This document shows, piece after piece, positions 18,135-27,555 of a stretch of 64,000 nt of DNA. Position 1 is the stretch's first letter. Every line of letters starts with the position of its first letter. Both the position numbers and the translations under genes were made by a program. Source of the stretch: an uncultured Acidobacteriota bacterium (lineage in GTDB: Bacteria; Acidobacteriota; Thermoanaerobaculia; Gp7-AA8); contig CAWGHO010000002.1 of assembly GCA_963822445.1 (NCBI GenBank), forward strand, positions 1,408,001 to 1,472,000, read 5' to 3'. Below the pieces are notes generated by a model, which saw only the letters and a program-made list of their open reading frames with translations, was not told where the DNA came from and made no database searches.

Positions 18135-19836
18135 TCGTCGTTTCTCTTTCTCCCGTCCCTTTCCAACGATCGTGCATCCACATGTACAAGTCGGGACGCT
18201 CCAGGATGCGGCGGCCGATGACTTCGTTGATGCGATTGGTCAGGGCCACGGGATCTCGTTCGTCCTCTCTCAACTGGTCAACACGGATCGGCTCATCGAA
18301 CTCGAGACGATGCCTGAGCCCGTCCGGAATGCAAAAAGCGAACACAATGGTCGAGCCGGCCCGGAGAGCCATCTTCGCGGGTGCGGAAGTGGTCCATGCC
18401 GGACGCCCGAGAAACGGACTGAGAATGCCTTCCGCCGGCTGCACGGACTGGTCGGGAAGCATCACCACCACGCCGTTTTCCGACAACGCCTTCAGCAGAC
18501 CGCGCGCCGCCCGCCGGCGATCGACGACGACCGCCTCGGTCTTCTCGCGCAGCCGCTGGAGATCGCGCTCCAGCAGTTCGTTGTCGAGCGGCCGGGCCAC
18601 GTTGTACGTCTTGCCGATCATCGACTGCACCGCCAGGCCCCCTACCTCCCACCCGCCCCAGTGTCCGCTGATGAGCAGCGTGCCTTTGCCGTAGGAGATC
18701 GCATCCCGCAGGTGCTGGGCGTTGACGATCGTGCAGCGCTCGGCGATCTCTTTCATCGACAGGGTCTGCATGTGCATCGAGGTCAGGAACTCGCGGCCGA
18801 AGTGGCGCCAGCATTCATCGAGAATTCGGCGCAGTTCGCGCTGGCTGCGCTCCGGAAAGGTCGCGCGGAGGTTGCGCATGGCCACCTGGTCGCGTCTGCG
18901 GACGACCTTTCCCGACCACGCTCCCAGCCGGGTCCCCCACCGGTAAACAGCCTCCTCGGACATCCCCGCAACCCGTTTCGCCACAGCGTGATAGGCAGCA
19001 TACTCGACCCGTTGCAGGAGCAGATTCTTGCGGCGCTTCTTCCGGCGGCGGTTCGGTGAGGTCGCCACGGCCGCGATCTGCTCGAGCACATCCGGCTCGA
19101 TCACGAATTCAGCGGGAATGGCCACGATGGAGGGGTCGTCGATCTTCACGGCGTCTTTGCCGGTTGTGACGAGCGTCGCCCCCTTCGCGTCTCGGCGCAG
19201 CGATTCGAGATCGCGAGCGGAGTAGCGGTGATGATCGGCAAAGCCGCGCGTGCCGACGACGTTTAGACCGCGCAGCGAATCGAAGAACTGCTGGTTGTTG
19301 GCGAGACCGGCGAAGGCGAAGACGGGGCCTTCGATCGGCGGGAGCGAGACGCGCAGGTTTCTGGGAATGACCACGTCCGCGTATTTCAGCGCGGAACGGC
19401 CTTCCCGAAAGAAGCGGGACGGAGCGTCGATCACCACGTCGAGATCGCGCTGAAGCTGGAGATGCTGGAAGCCGTCGTCGAGCACGAATACATCAGTATC
19501 GATATCGCGCGCATTTTCATAGCGATTAGCGCCAACAATTACGTTTGCTTTCGTGGATCGTTTAATCAGCAATGGTTCATCGCCGATAAATCCAGACTCT
19601 TTATCGCTACCATAACCACGTGTCAATACCGCGACACGCAGTCCGCGGCTCTCAAGAAAGCGGCAGACGGTGATCACCGCCGGTGTCTTGCCGGCCCCGC
19701 CCATGGCGATGTTGCCGATGGAGATCACCGGCTTGTGCACGCGTTTGGCTTTCAGCAATCCCGCGCGATACGCGGCCCGTCGCACGCGGTTGATCGCGCG
19801 ATACACGAGCTCGAATGGTTTGAGGAGCAGGTTCAC
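18124..19836 (-). CDS. lpxK: Fused tetraacyldisaccharide 4'-kinase (LpxK) / lipid A late acyltransferase (LpxL family)
   Basis: N-terminal GNIAMGGAGKTP, RGYG, DEP, LDDGFQH, FADHH; C-terminal GHWGGWE, RPLDN, PDQ, WMHDRWK. Confidence 0.88.
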   Translation of the reverse strand: MNLLLKPFELVYRAINRVRRAAYRAGLLKAKRVHKPVISIGNIAMGGAGKTPAVITVCRFLESRGLRVAVLTRGYGSDKESGFIGDEPLLIKRSTKANVIVGANRYENARDIDTDVFVLDDGFQHLQLQRDLDVVIDAPSRFFREGRSALKYADVVIPRNLRVSLPPIEGPVFAFAGLANNQQFFDSLRGLNVVGTRGFADHHRYSARDLESLRRDAKGATLVTTGKDAVKIDDPSIVAIPAEFVIEPDVLEQIAAVATSPNRRRKKRRKNLLLQRVEYAAYHAVAKRVAGMSEEAVYRWGTRLGAWSGKVVRRRDQVAMRNLRATFPERSQRELRRILDECWRHFGREFLTSMHMQTLSMKEIAERCTIVNAQHLRDAISYGKGTLLISGHWGGWEVGGLAVQSMIGKTYNVARPLDNELLERDLQRLREKTEAVVVDRRRAARGLLKALSENGVVVMLPDQSVQPAEGILSPFLGRPAWTTSAPAKMALRAGSTIVFAFCIPDGLRHRLEFDEPIRVDQLREDERDPVALTNRINEVIGRRILERPDLYMWMHDRWKGTGERETTNGV

Positions 19837-21086
19837 GCCAGCAGCTCGACGATCCGTTGCGCGGTCCGCGCAGACGCGCCCCGGTTCTGCAGCACCGTTT
19901 CCCGCGCTCGCGCGCCCCAGGCCTGTTGCAGCTCGGGCTCTTCAATCATCCGCGCCGCAAACTCCCCGGCCTCCTCCGCCGTCGCGACTTCCTTGGCCGC
20001 TTCGTTCTTCAGAAAGACGCGGGCGATCTCGCGGAAGTTCGACATCGACCGGCCGAAGCAGACCGGCACTCCCGCGGCCGCGGGCTCGATCGGATTGTGC
20101 CCGCCGATCGGCACCAGCGTCCCGCCAATGAACGCCACCGTGGCATACCGATACATCTTCGCCAGCTCGCCGAGCGTGTCGAGCAACAGCACGTCCGCGC
20201 CGCCGTCGAACGCATCGAGCTCGCTGCGTCGCACGAATCGCAACGTGGAGGTCTGCAGCAGCCCCGCTACCAACTCGAACCGCTCCGGCCTACGCGGCGC
20301 GACTACCACAAACGCCTGCTGCGCATTCACCAGCCGCTCGACCTCGGGCAGCAAGGCTTCGTCCTCCCCTTCCATCGTCGATCCGAGGATCACGACCTTG
20401 CGGTTGCCGATCAGAGCCTCGATGCGCGCGGCGTCTTCGAGTGGCGTCTCGTCCGGCTCGTAATCGAACTTGACGTTCCCGGTGACCTCGACGCGATCGG
20501 CGGATGCACCGAGGGTGATGAAGCGATCGCGGTCGGTCGTCTCGCGGGCAAGGATGCGGTCGTACTTGGCGAGGATGTGCCGGATGACGAAACGAAACGC
20601 GCGATACCGCGGCAGGGAACGGTCGGAAATGCGCCCGTTCGCCAGAATCAGGCGAAGGCCGCGCGCTCGCGCAAGGCGCGTCACGTTCGGCCAGATCTCC
20701 GTCTCCATCGTCGCGAACACACGCGGCTGGTGATGCTCCAGAAACCGGCCCACAGCGCGAGCGAAATCGAACGGGAAGTACGTCACCGTCGCGTCGCGAT
20801 ACAGCCGCGCCGCCTGGGCCTGACCGGTAATGGTCGTGGTCGTGAACACGATCGACGTCCCCGGCCGCTGCCGGAGGATCTCGTCGACCACCGCCCTCGC
20901 CGCGAGCGTCTCCCCGACCGACACCGCGTGAATCCAGAGGTCATGCCCCACCGCCCGCCCGCGATAAAACCCGAACCGCGCCCGCGCATTCGCCAGGTAT
21001 TTGCCACGGAGCAGTCCCATCAGGAGAAACCAGGGGAGGCCGAGAACCAGCACGAGGTAGAGAAGTACCTCGTAGAGGACGTACAT
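19833..21086 (-). CDS. waaA: Kdo transferase
   Basis: WIHAVSVGE, ETEIWPN, NGRISDRS, GNVKFD, GGHNPIEPA. Confidence 0.95.
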   Translation of the reverse strand: MYVLYEVLLYLVLVLGLPWFLLMGLLRGKYLANARARFGFYRGRAVGHDLWIHAVSVGETLAARAVVDEILRQRPGTSIVFTTTTITGQAQAARLYRDATVTYFPFDFARAVGRFLEHHQPRVFATMETEIWPNVTRLARARGLRLILANGRISDRSLPRYRAFRFVIRHILAKYDRILARETTDRDRFITLGASADRVEVTGNVKFDYEPDETPLEDAARIEALIGNRKVVILGSTMEGEDEALLPEVERLVNAQQAFVVVAPRRPERFELVAGLLQTSTLRFVRRSELDAFDGGADVLLLDTLGELAKMYRYATVAFIGGTLVPIGGHNPIEPAAAGVPVCFGRSMSNFREIARVFLKNEAAKEVATAEEAGEFAARMIEEPELQQAWGARARETVLQNRGASARTAQRIVELLA

Positions 21087-21106
21087 GGGCAGGGATCATA
21101 ACGTCA

Positions 21107-21184
21107 CGAGGTTGCGGGGTTTCGGGGTTACGGGGTTCGGATGTGCTTCCTCGGAACCCCGAAACCTCGTAACCTCGTAACCAG
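21107..21184. repeat. Octamer-armed hairpin, family B1: (CGRGGTTN)x4 ... (NAACCYCG)x3-4
   Basis: Seen directly; fills most of the waaA/hflX divergent intergenic region and ends right at the hflX ATG. Confidence 0.9.
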
Positions 21185-22441
21185 ATGGAAAACGTCATCG
21201 CCGTTGGTCTCATCCTCCCCAAACTTCCCCAGACCGTCGCCGAGGAACATCTCGAAGAACTGACCAAGCTCATTGAGTCGGGTGGCGGCACCGTGATCCG
21301 GAAAATCTTCGCCAAGCGCGGCTCGCCCGACGCCGGCACGTACATCGGCAAGGGGAAGGCCGAGGAAGTGAAGAGCCTGGCCGAGAAGCACGACGTCGCC
21401 CTCATCGTGTTCGATGACGACCTTTCGCCGGCGCAGGTCCGCAATCTGGAAAAGCTGATCGGCAAACGCGTCATCGACCGCAGTGCGCTGATCCTCGACA
21501 TCTTCGTCGGCCGCGCCCGCACCCGCGAAGCGAAGACGCAGGTCGAGCTCGCGCAACTCGAATACATGCTGCCGCGGCTGACGCGGGCCTGGTCCCACCT
21601 TGAGCGTCAGGCCGGCGGCGCGGGCGGCGGTGCAAAGCGCGGCGTCGGTGAGACCCAGCTCGAGCTCGATCGCCGCATCGTCCGCACGCGCATCGCCAAA
21701 CTCAAAGAAGACCTGCAGCGCATCGAAAAGAACCGCGAGACGCAGCGCAAATCGCGCGAGGCCGTCTTCACCGTCGCGCTGGTCGGCTACACCAACGCCG
21801 GCAAGTCGACGCTCTTCAACCGGCTGACCAGCGGCGAAGCCTTCGCCATGGACAAGCTCTTCGCCACGCTCGACGCGAAGACGCAGAAGATCGCCTACGA
21901 CATGCCGCGGAAGACGGTGGTCGTCGACACGGTCGGATTCATCCGCAAGCTGCCCCATCACCTCGTCGCGTCATTCCGCTCGACGATGGAAGAGGCGGTG
22001 GCCGCCGATCTCGTGCTGCACGTCATCGACGCGTCGCATCCGCAATACGACGAGCAGCGCGCCGTCGGCGATCAGGTCCTGGCCGATCTCGGCATCGAGA
22101 ACGACCGCGTCTTCGAGGTCTACAACAAGAGCGATCGCGTCGAAGAACACTTCGACATCCGCCGCCGCAACGCCGTGGTGGTCTCGGCGCTGACCGGGCA
22201 TCACATCGACCGGCTCGTGGAGATGATCCGCGACCGCGAGCGGGAAGGCGGCGAGTTGATGCATCTCGAGATTCCGCATTCCGAGTCGCGGATCACGGCC
22301 CGCCTGCACGAGATTGCCGAGTTGCACGAGCAATCGACGAACGACGATGCGGTGAGCATCACGGCGTGGGTGCCGAGAGATTCCGTGCACGTGTTCAAGC
22401 CATTCGTTGCGCGGGCGGCGCGGCGGAGACGGGCGTCGTGA
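21185..22441 (+). CDS. hflX: GTPase HflX
   Basis: GETQLE.DRR, GYTNAGKS, LFATLD, DTVGF, NKSD. Confidence 0.97.
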   Translation: MENVIAVGLILPKLPQTVAEEHLEELTKLIESGGGTVIRKIFAKRGSPDAGTYIGKGKAEEVKSLAEKHDVALIVFDDDLSPAQVRNLEKLIGKRVIDRSALILDIFVGRARTREAKTQVELAQLEYMLPRLTRAWSHLERQAGGAGGGAKRGVGETQLELDRRIVRTRIAKLKEDLQRIEKNRETQRKSREAVFTVALVGYTNAGKSTLFNRLTSGEAFAMDKLFATLDAKTQKIAYDMPRKTVVVDTVGFIRKLPHHLVASFRSTMEEAVAADLVLHVIDASHPQYDEQRAVGDQVLADLGIENDRVFEVYNKSDRVEEHFDIRRRNAVVVSALTGHHIDRLVEMIRDREREGGELMHLEIPHSESRITARLHEIAELHEQSTNDDAVSITAWVPRDSVHVFKPFVARAARRRRAS

Positions 22442-22444
22442 AAA

Positions 22445-22558
22445 CTGGGTTGCTGGGTTGCTGGGTTGCTAGGTTGCTGAGTGCTTCGCTGACAGGCATG
22501 ATCGTGCGTCCAGCGGAGCACCCAGCAACCCAGTAACCAAGCAACCCAGCAACCCGAG
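22445..22558. repeat. Octamer-armed hairpin, family B2: (CTGGGTTG)x4-5 ... (CAACCCAG)x4-5
   Basis: Seen directly between hflX and the GNAT gene. Confidence 0.92.
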
Positions 22559-22562
22559 AACA

Positions 22563-23051
22563 ATGAAGATCCGCCCCGCCACGCTCGCCGACCGCACCCG
22601 CATCCACGAGATCCTCACCGCCACGGCGCGGTTCACGGCAAAGGAGATCGGCTGGGCGATGGAGCTCGTCGACCTCGGTCTCGACGGGCGGAAGGAGTAC
22701 GACATCCAGGTCCTCGAAGTCCCGGACAGCGGTCCGAGCCGCGCCATTCAGGGCTACGTCTGCTTCGGGCCAACGCCGAAGTCCGAGGGGGTGTTCGATC
22801 TCTACTGGATCGCTGTCGATCCCCGCGAGCAGGGCCAGGGCTACGGCCAGCTGCTCCTGCGATTCGTGGAAAACGAAGTGCGCAGGCAGAATGGCAGGAT
22901 GTTGCTCATCGAGACCTCCTCGAAGCAGAGCTACGCGCCGACGGTGCGGTTCTACCAGCGCGCGGGGTACGAGGAGATCTCCCGGATCAAGGATTTCTAC
23001 AGAATCGAAGATGACAAGGTAGTGTTCTGCAAGCAACTGCCGCAGCCATGA
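22563..23051 (+). CDS. GNAT acetyltransferase
   Basis: LYWIAVDP.xQGQGYG, IETSS, FYQRAGY. Confidence 0.9.
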   Translation: MKIRPATLADRTRIHEILTATARFTAKEIGWAMELVDLGLDGRKEYDIQVLEVPDSGPSRAIQGYVCFGPTPKSEGVFDLYWIAVDPREQGQGYGQLLLRFVENEVRRQNGRMLLIETSSKQSYAPTVRFYQRAGYEEISRIKDFYRIEDDKVVFCKQLPQP

Positions 23052-23845
23052 CTCCCGGTCCGACGCTTCCGCTTTACATCGCCCTCGCGTTCTACGCCCT
23101 CGGCACACTCGTGGCCTTCACGTCGCTCTTCGCGCGCGAGAAGCGGGTGCAGTACGCCGGGCTGGCGCTGATGATTGCCGGCTTCGTCACGCACACGATC
23201 TGGATCGGCACCATCTGCACGGCCACGGGCCACCCGCCGATCACGAATCTGGCCGAGGTGCTGAGCTTCGTTGCGTGGACCGTGTTTGCGGTGGAGCTGG
23301 GGTTGTGGATCCGCTACCGCGTGTACGCCGCGGTCTTCTTCGTCTATCCGCTCGTGCTGTTGCTGCTGACGCTTTCCGCGATCGCGGGCGAAAGCTTCCG
23401 CGTGCTCGATCCGGAGCTGCGCTCGAACGTTTTCACGACGCATCTGCTGTTGTCGACGGTCGGTGTGGCGGGACTGATGATCGGACTCGCCTTCGGCCTG
23501 CTCGCGTTGCTGCAGGATCGCGCGCTGAAACACAAAACGCGCGGACGGTTGTGGGATTGGATTCCGAGCCTCGACGTCTGCAAGACCGTGAGCTATCGCG
23601 CGCTGGCGATCGGCTTCAGCATCTATACCCTCGGTCTCATCGCCGGCGTGCTCTGGTCGTATCGAACGACCGCCGGATTCATGGATCTGCGCGTGAAGCA
23701 GATCGGCGCCGTGACCGCGTGGATTCTCTTCGCGGTCATCCTGCAGTCGTACGTCAACAACACCTACCGCCGCCGCCGAACACTGTTCGTGGCCGCGGGC
23801 GCGTTCGTGGCCATCGTCGTGGCCATGCTGGGGATTCGAGAGTGA
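23048..23845 (+). CDS. Cytochrome c assembly family membrane protein (CcsA/HemX-like)
   Basis: About 8 TM helices, conserved His, PSLD motif, DxK near the end; sits immediately upstream of hemA. Confidence 0.8.
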   Translation: MTPGPTLPLYIALAFYALGTLVAFTSLFAREKRVQYAGLALMIAGFVTHTIWIGTICTATGHPPITNLAEVLSFVAWTVFAVELGLWIRYRVYAAVFFVYPLVLLLLTLSAIAGESFRVLDPELRSNVFTTHLLLSTVGVAGLMIGLAFGLLALLQDRALKHKTRGRLWDWIPSLDVCKTVSYRALAIGFSIYTLGLIAGVLWSYRTTAGFMDLRVKQIGAVTAWILFAVILQSYVNNTYRRRRTLFVAAGAFVAIVVAMLGIRE

Positions 23846-23852
23846 GAGGCGA

Positions 23853-23941
23853 AATGCAGAATGCAGAATGCAGAATGCAGAAAAGACACGGTCGCTCGTG
23901 CGATGCCGCGTTCTGCATTCTGCATTCTGCCTTCTGCCTTC
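23853..23941. repeat. Heptamer-armed hairpin, family A, second copy
   Basis: (AATGCAG)x4 ... TTCTGCA TTCTGCA TTCTGCC TTCTGCC; spacer differs from copy 1. Confidence 0.95.
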
Positions 23942-23960
23942 CGACGCCGGAGGCGTCGTC

Positions 23961-25220
23961 ATGCTGATCCTGGTCGGCCTCAATCACCGCACCGCGCCCG
24001 TCGACGTGCGAGAGCGTCTCGGCGTTTCGGACGCGAAGCTCGGCGAGACCGTCGCCTCCCTGCGCACGATCGAAGGCGTCAACGGCGCGGCGCTGCTCTC
24101 GACCTGCAATCGCGTCGAAGCGGTCGTCTCGACCAGCAACGAAGACGTGATCGAGCCCGTCGTGGACTGGCTCGCGGTGCAGGGCGGCACGTCGCGCTCT
24201 GAGCTGGAGAAGCATCTCTACATCCTTCGCCACGGCGACGTGCTCCGCCATCTCTTCCGCGTTGCGTCCGGACTCGATTCGATGATCGTGGGCGAGCCTC
24301 AGATCGGCGGTCAGGTGCGCAAGGCCTTCGTCGCGGCGAATGAGCTGGGAACGCTCGACTCGCTGCTCTCGCAGGTCTGCGAGCACACGTTGCGCGTGGC
24401 GAAAAAAGTGCGGACGGAAACGGGAATCGGCGAGCACGCCGTGTCGGTGCCGTACGCCGCGGTCGAGCTGGCGAAGAAGATCTTCGGCGATCTCCGCGGC
24501 CTGCAGGTTCTCCTCCTCGGCGCCGGCGAGATGGGCGAGCTCACGGCGGAGCATCTGCACAATCAGGAAGTGAAGCAGGTCTTCGTCGGCAACCGCTCCT
24601 ACGAGCGCGCCGTCGAGCTGGCCAACCGTTTCGGCGGGCACGCCGTGAATTTCGACAACGTCGACGAGCAGCTCCTGCACTGCGACATCGTCATCGCCTC
24701 CACGGCCGCGCCGCATTTCCTGATCGAGCCGCAGCACGTGACCCGCGCGCTCGAAGTGCGCCGGCATCGCAACCTGTTCCTGATCGATCTCTCCGTGCCG
24801 CGGAACATCAATCCGGCCGTGGCGAAGATCGACGGCGCGTATCTCTACAACGTCGACGATCTGCAGATGGTCGCCGACGCCAATCTCGAGCTGCGGCAGG
24901 AGAAGGCCGCGGACGCCGAGCAGATCGTGATGCGCGAGGTCGAGCAGTTCCGCAAACGCCTCGTGGCCCAGGATGCGGTGCCGACCATCCTCGAATTGCA
25001 GCAGCGCCTGGAAGGCATCCGCGCGGCGGAGCTCGAAAAATGCCTGCGTCACGTCGGCCCGGTCACGCCCGATCAGCGGGACGCCATCGAGATGTTCTCG
25101 ACGCAGCTCGTCAACAAGATCCTCCACTACCCGATCCTTCAATTGAAAGAAGCGTCGGACGAGCCGCAGGAACGGGAGTCGCTGCGGCGCACGATCCGGA
25201 AGATCTTCGGCCTTCGATGA
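23961..25220 (+). CDS. hemA: Glutamyl-tRNA reductase
   Basis: GLNHRTAP, STCNRVE, SGLDSMIVGEPQI, GAGEM; GGAGG SD before ATG 23961. Confidence 0.97.
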   Translation: MLILVGLNHRTAPVDVRERLGVSDAKLGETVASLRTIEGVNGAALLSTCNRVEAVVSTSNEDVIEPVVDWLAVQGGTSRSELEKHLYILRHGDVLRHLFRVASGLDSMIVGEPQIGGQVRKAFVAANELGTLDSLLSQVCEHTLRVAKKVRTETGIGEHAVSVPYAAVELAKKIFGDLRGLQVLLLGAGEMGELTAEHLHNQEVKQVFVGNRSYERAVELANRFGGHAVNFDNVDEQLLHCDIVIASTAAPHFLIEPQHVTRALEVRRHRNLFLIDLSVPRNINPAVAKIDGAYLYNVDDLQMVADANLELRQEKAADAEQIVMREVEQFRKRLVAQDAVPTILELQQRLEGIRAAELEKCLRHVGPVTPDQRDAIEMFSTQLVNKILHYPILQLKEASDEPQERESLRRTIRKIFGLR

Positions 25221-26065
25221 CCGGCCGGATTCGCATCGGAACGCGGGGCAGCGCGCTCGCGCTTTGGCAGGCGGAGGAAACTTCGCGTCTGCTGCGCGCC
25301 GCGGGCTACGAGCCGGAACTGGTGATCGTGAAGACGACCGGCGACAAACGAACCGATGTGTCCCTGGCCTCGATCGGCGGCAAGGGGCTGTTCATCAAAG
25401 AGCTGGAGGAATCGCTCGAGCGCGGCGCGATCGACGTCGCCGTACACAGCCTCAAGGACGTGCCGTCGATCATCCCCGACCACTTCGCCCTGGCCGGGTT
25501 TCTCGAGCGCGCCGATCCGCGCGATGTCTGGATCTCCGACCGACCCATCGATCAGCTTCCCGACGACTCGATCGTCGGCAGCAGTTCTCCGCGACGCCGC
25601 GCGCAACTGCTGGAGCTTTTCCCGCGGCTCGACGTTCGCGACATTCGCGGCAACGTCGACACGCGCATCGAGAAAATGCGCCGCGGTGAATACGCCGGCA
25701 TCGTGCTGGCGGCGGCGGGCTTGAAGCGTCTCGGACGCGACAGCGAGGTCCTTTCGTATTTCTCGCTCGATGAGATGGTGCCCGCGGCCGGACAGGGCAT
25801 CGTGGCCATCGAGTGTCTGCGCGACAACGAAGCCGCGAACGCCGCCGCCCGCGCGATCAATCACGAAGTCAGCGAGACCGCGGCACTTCGCGAGCGCGGC
25901 GTGCTGGCAAAGTTCGGCACGCGCCTCGATTGCTACTCCGAGATCGCCGTGCATGCGTCGAACGACGACACCATCCGCGCCTTCTTTCACGGAGTGCGGG
26001 TGAAGTACACAGGCCCGAACGCCGTCGACACGGTTTACGAGGAGCTTTCGTGCGTGAAACCGTAG
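25217..26065 (+). CDS. hemC: Hydroxymethylbilane synthase (short C-terminal domain)
   Basis: IGTRGSALALWQ, GKGLFIKELE, VHSLKD, SSPRR, IRGNVDTR. Confidence 0.95.
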   Translation: MTGRIRIGTRGSALALWQAEETSRLLRAAGYEPELVIVKTTGDKRTDVSLASIGGKGLFIKELEESLERGAIDVAVHSLKDVPSIIPDHFALAGFLERADPRDVWISDRPIDQLPDDSIVGSSSPRRRAQLLELFPRLDVRDIRGNVDTRIEKMRRGEYAGIVLAAAGLKRLGRDSEVLSYFSLDEMVPAAGQGIVAIECLRDNEAANAAARAINHEVSETAALRERGVLAKFGTRLDCYSEIAVHASNDDTIRAFFHGVRVKYTGPNAVDTVYEELSCVKP

Positions 26066-27555
26066 GCACGGTCTTCCTCGTCGGCGCCGGTCCCGGCGAC
26101 GCGCGTCTGCTGACGCTCCGCGCGGCGGAGCTGCTCGCGAAAGCGGACGTGGTCGCGCTCGACGCGCTCGTGTCGCGCGACATCGTCGCGATGATTCCGA
26201 AGACCACGGAGATCGTCTACGTCGGCAAACGCGCCGGCGCGCACGCCGTACCGCAAGACAAAACGAACCAGCTGCTGATCGACGAAGCGAAGAAGGGCCG
26301 CATGGTCGTGCGGCTCAAGGGCGGCGATCCGTTCGTGTTCGGCCGCGGTGGCGAGGAAGCCCAGGAGCTCGTCGCGGCCGGTGTGCCCATCGAGATCGTC
26401 CCCGGAATCTCCTCCGCGATCGCCGGCCCCGCCTACGCCGGCATCCCCGTCACCCATCGCGACCATGCAACCTCGGTCACGCTGGTCACGGCGCATGAAT
26501 CCGAGGGATCGACGGGAATCAAGTGGTCCGCTCTGGCGCAACTCGACGGGACGATCGTGTTCATGATGGGCTTCGCCAACCTGCCCACCATCGTGCACAA
26601 ACTGATGGAGCACGGGATGTCGCCGCACCGCGGCTGCGCGGTGATCTCCAAAGCCACCCGCTTCGACCAGCGCAGCATCGCCGGGTCGTTGCGAAACATC
26701 GAGATGATCGTGCGCGAGACGAAGCTGGAGACGCCGGCGCTGATCGTGGTCGGCGACGTCGTCGATCTCCGCGAGAGCATCAACTGGTTCGAATCGAAAC
26801 CGCTCTTCGGCAAGCGCATCGTCGTCACCCGGGCCCGCGACCAGGCCTCGGAGCTCAAGCGCCTCTTCGAAGACTCCGGCGCGCAGGTCCTGCAGTTTCC
26901 GACGATCGAGATCACCGCGCCTGAATCGCTGGACTCGCTCGATCGCGCGATCGACGAGCCGTTCGACTGGCTGATCTTCACCTCGACCAACGGCGTGCAG
27001 TTCTTCTTCGAGCGTCTCTTCGCGAAAGGGAAAGACGTGCGCGCTTTGGGATCGCCGAAGGTCGCCGCCGTGGGCCAAACGACGGCCGAGGAGCTTCGGA
27101 AGCGCGGCATCGCGCCGGACGTGGTTCCGCAGCGATTCATTTCCAGTGAGCTGCTGCCTTTGCTGGCCGAGGATCAGCGCGGGATTCGCACGGCGGTCGT
27201 TCGTGCCGAGGAAGGGCGCGACGAATTGCTCGATGAGCTGCGGCGGCGCGGAGGCGAGGTGCATCTCGCCGTTGCGTATCGAACGATCGCCGCCGATTAC
27301 GATCTGAACGACCTTCGCGAGTCGATCGACTCGATCGACGTCGTGACCTTCACCAGCGCGTCGACGGTCGACAACTTCTACGGCAAGCTCACCGAAGACG
27401 AACGGCGCCGTGTGAACGAGCGGGCGCTGATCGCTTCGATCGGGTCGATGACCACTGACGCTATCCGCCGCTACGGCAAGGATCCCGACGTCGTCGCCGA
27501 GAGCGCCACCATTCAGGCGCTCCACGATGCGGTTACACTCGCCGCGCGTGCGTAA
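26050..27555 (+). CDS. cobA: Uroporphyrinogen-III C-methyltransferase / synthase fusion (CobA-HemD)
   Basis: LVGAGPGD, RLKGGDPFVFGRGGEE; then VVTR, FTSTNGV, FTSASTV; GTG start inferred. Confidence 0.93.
   Translation: MRETVGTVFLVGAGPGDARLLTLRAAELLAKADVVALDALVSRDIVAMIPKTTEIVYVGKRAGAHAVPQDKTNQLLIDEAKKGRMVVRLKGGDPFVFGRGGEEAQELVAAGVPIEIVPGISSAIAGPAYAGIPVTHRDHATSVTLVTAHESEGSTGIKWSALAQLDGTIVFMMGFANLPTIVHKLMEHGMSPHRGCAVISKATRFDQRSIAGSLRNIEMIVRETKLETPALIVVGDVVDLRESINWFESKPLFGKRIVVTRARDQASELKRLFEDSGAQVLQFPTIEITAPESLDSLDRAIDEPFDWLIFTSTNGVQFFFERLFAKGKDVRALGSPKVAAVGQTTAEELRKRGIAPDVVPQRFISSELLPLLAEDQRGIRTAVVRAEEGRDELLDELRRRGGEVHLAVAYRTIAADYDLNDLRESIDSIDVVTFTSASTVDNFYGKLTEDERRRVNERALIASIGSMTTDAIRRYGKDPDVVAESATIQALHDAVTLAARA

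Noticed and set aside
26050-27555. CobA-HemD fusion (and MoeB-rhodanese fusion at 57451)
   Set aside because: Well-known architectures
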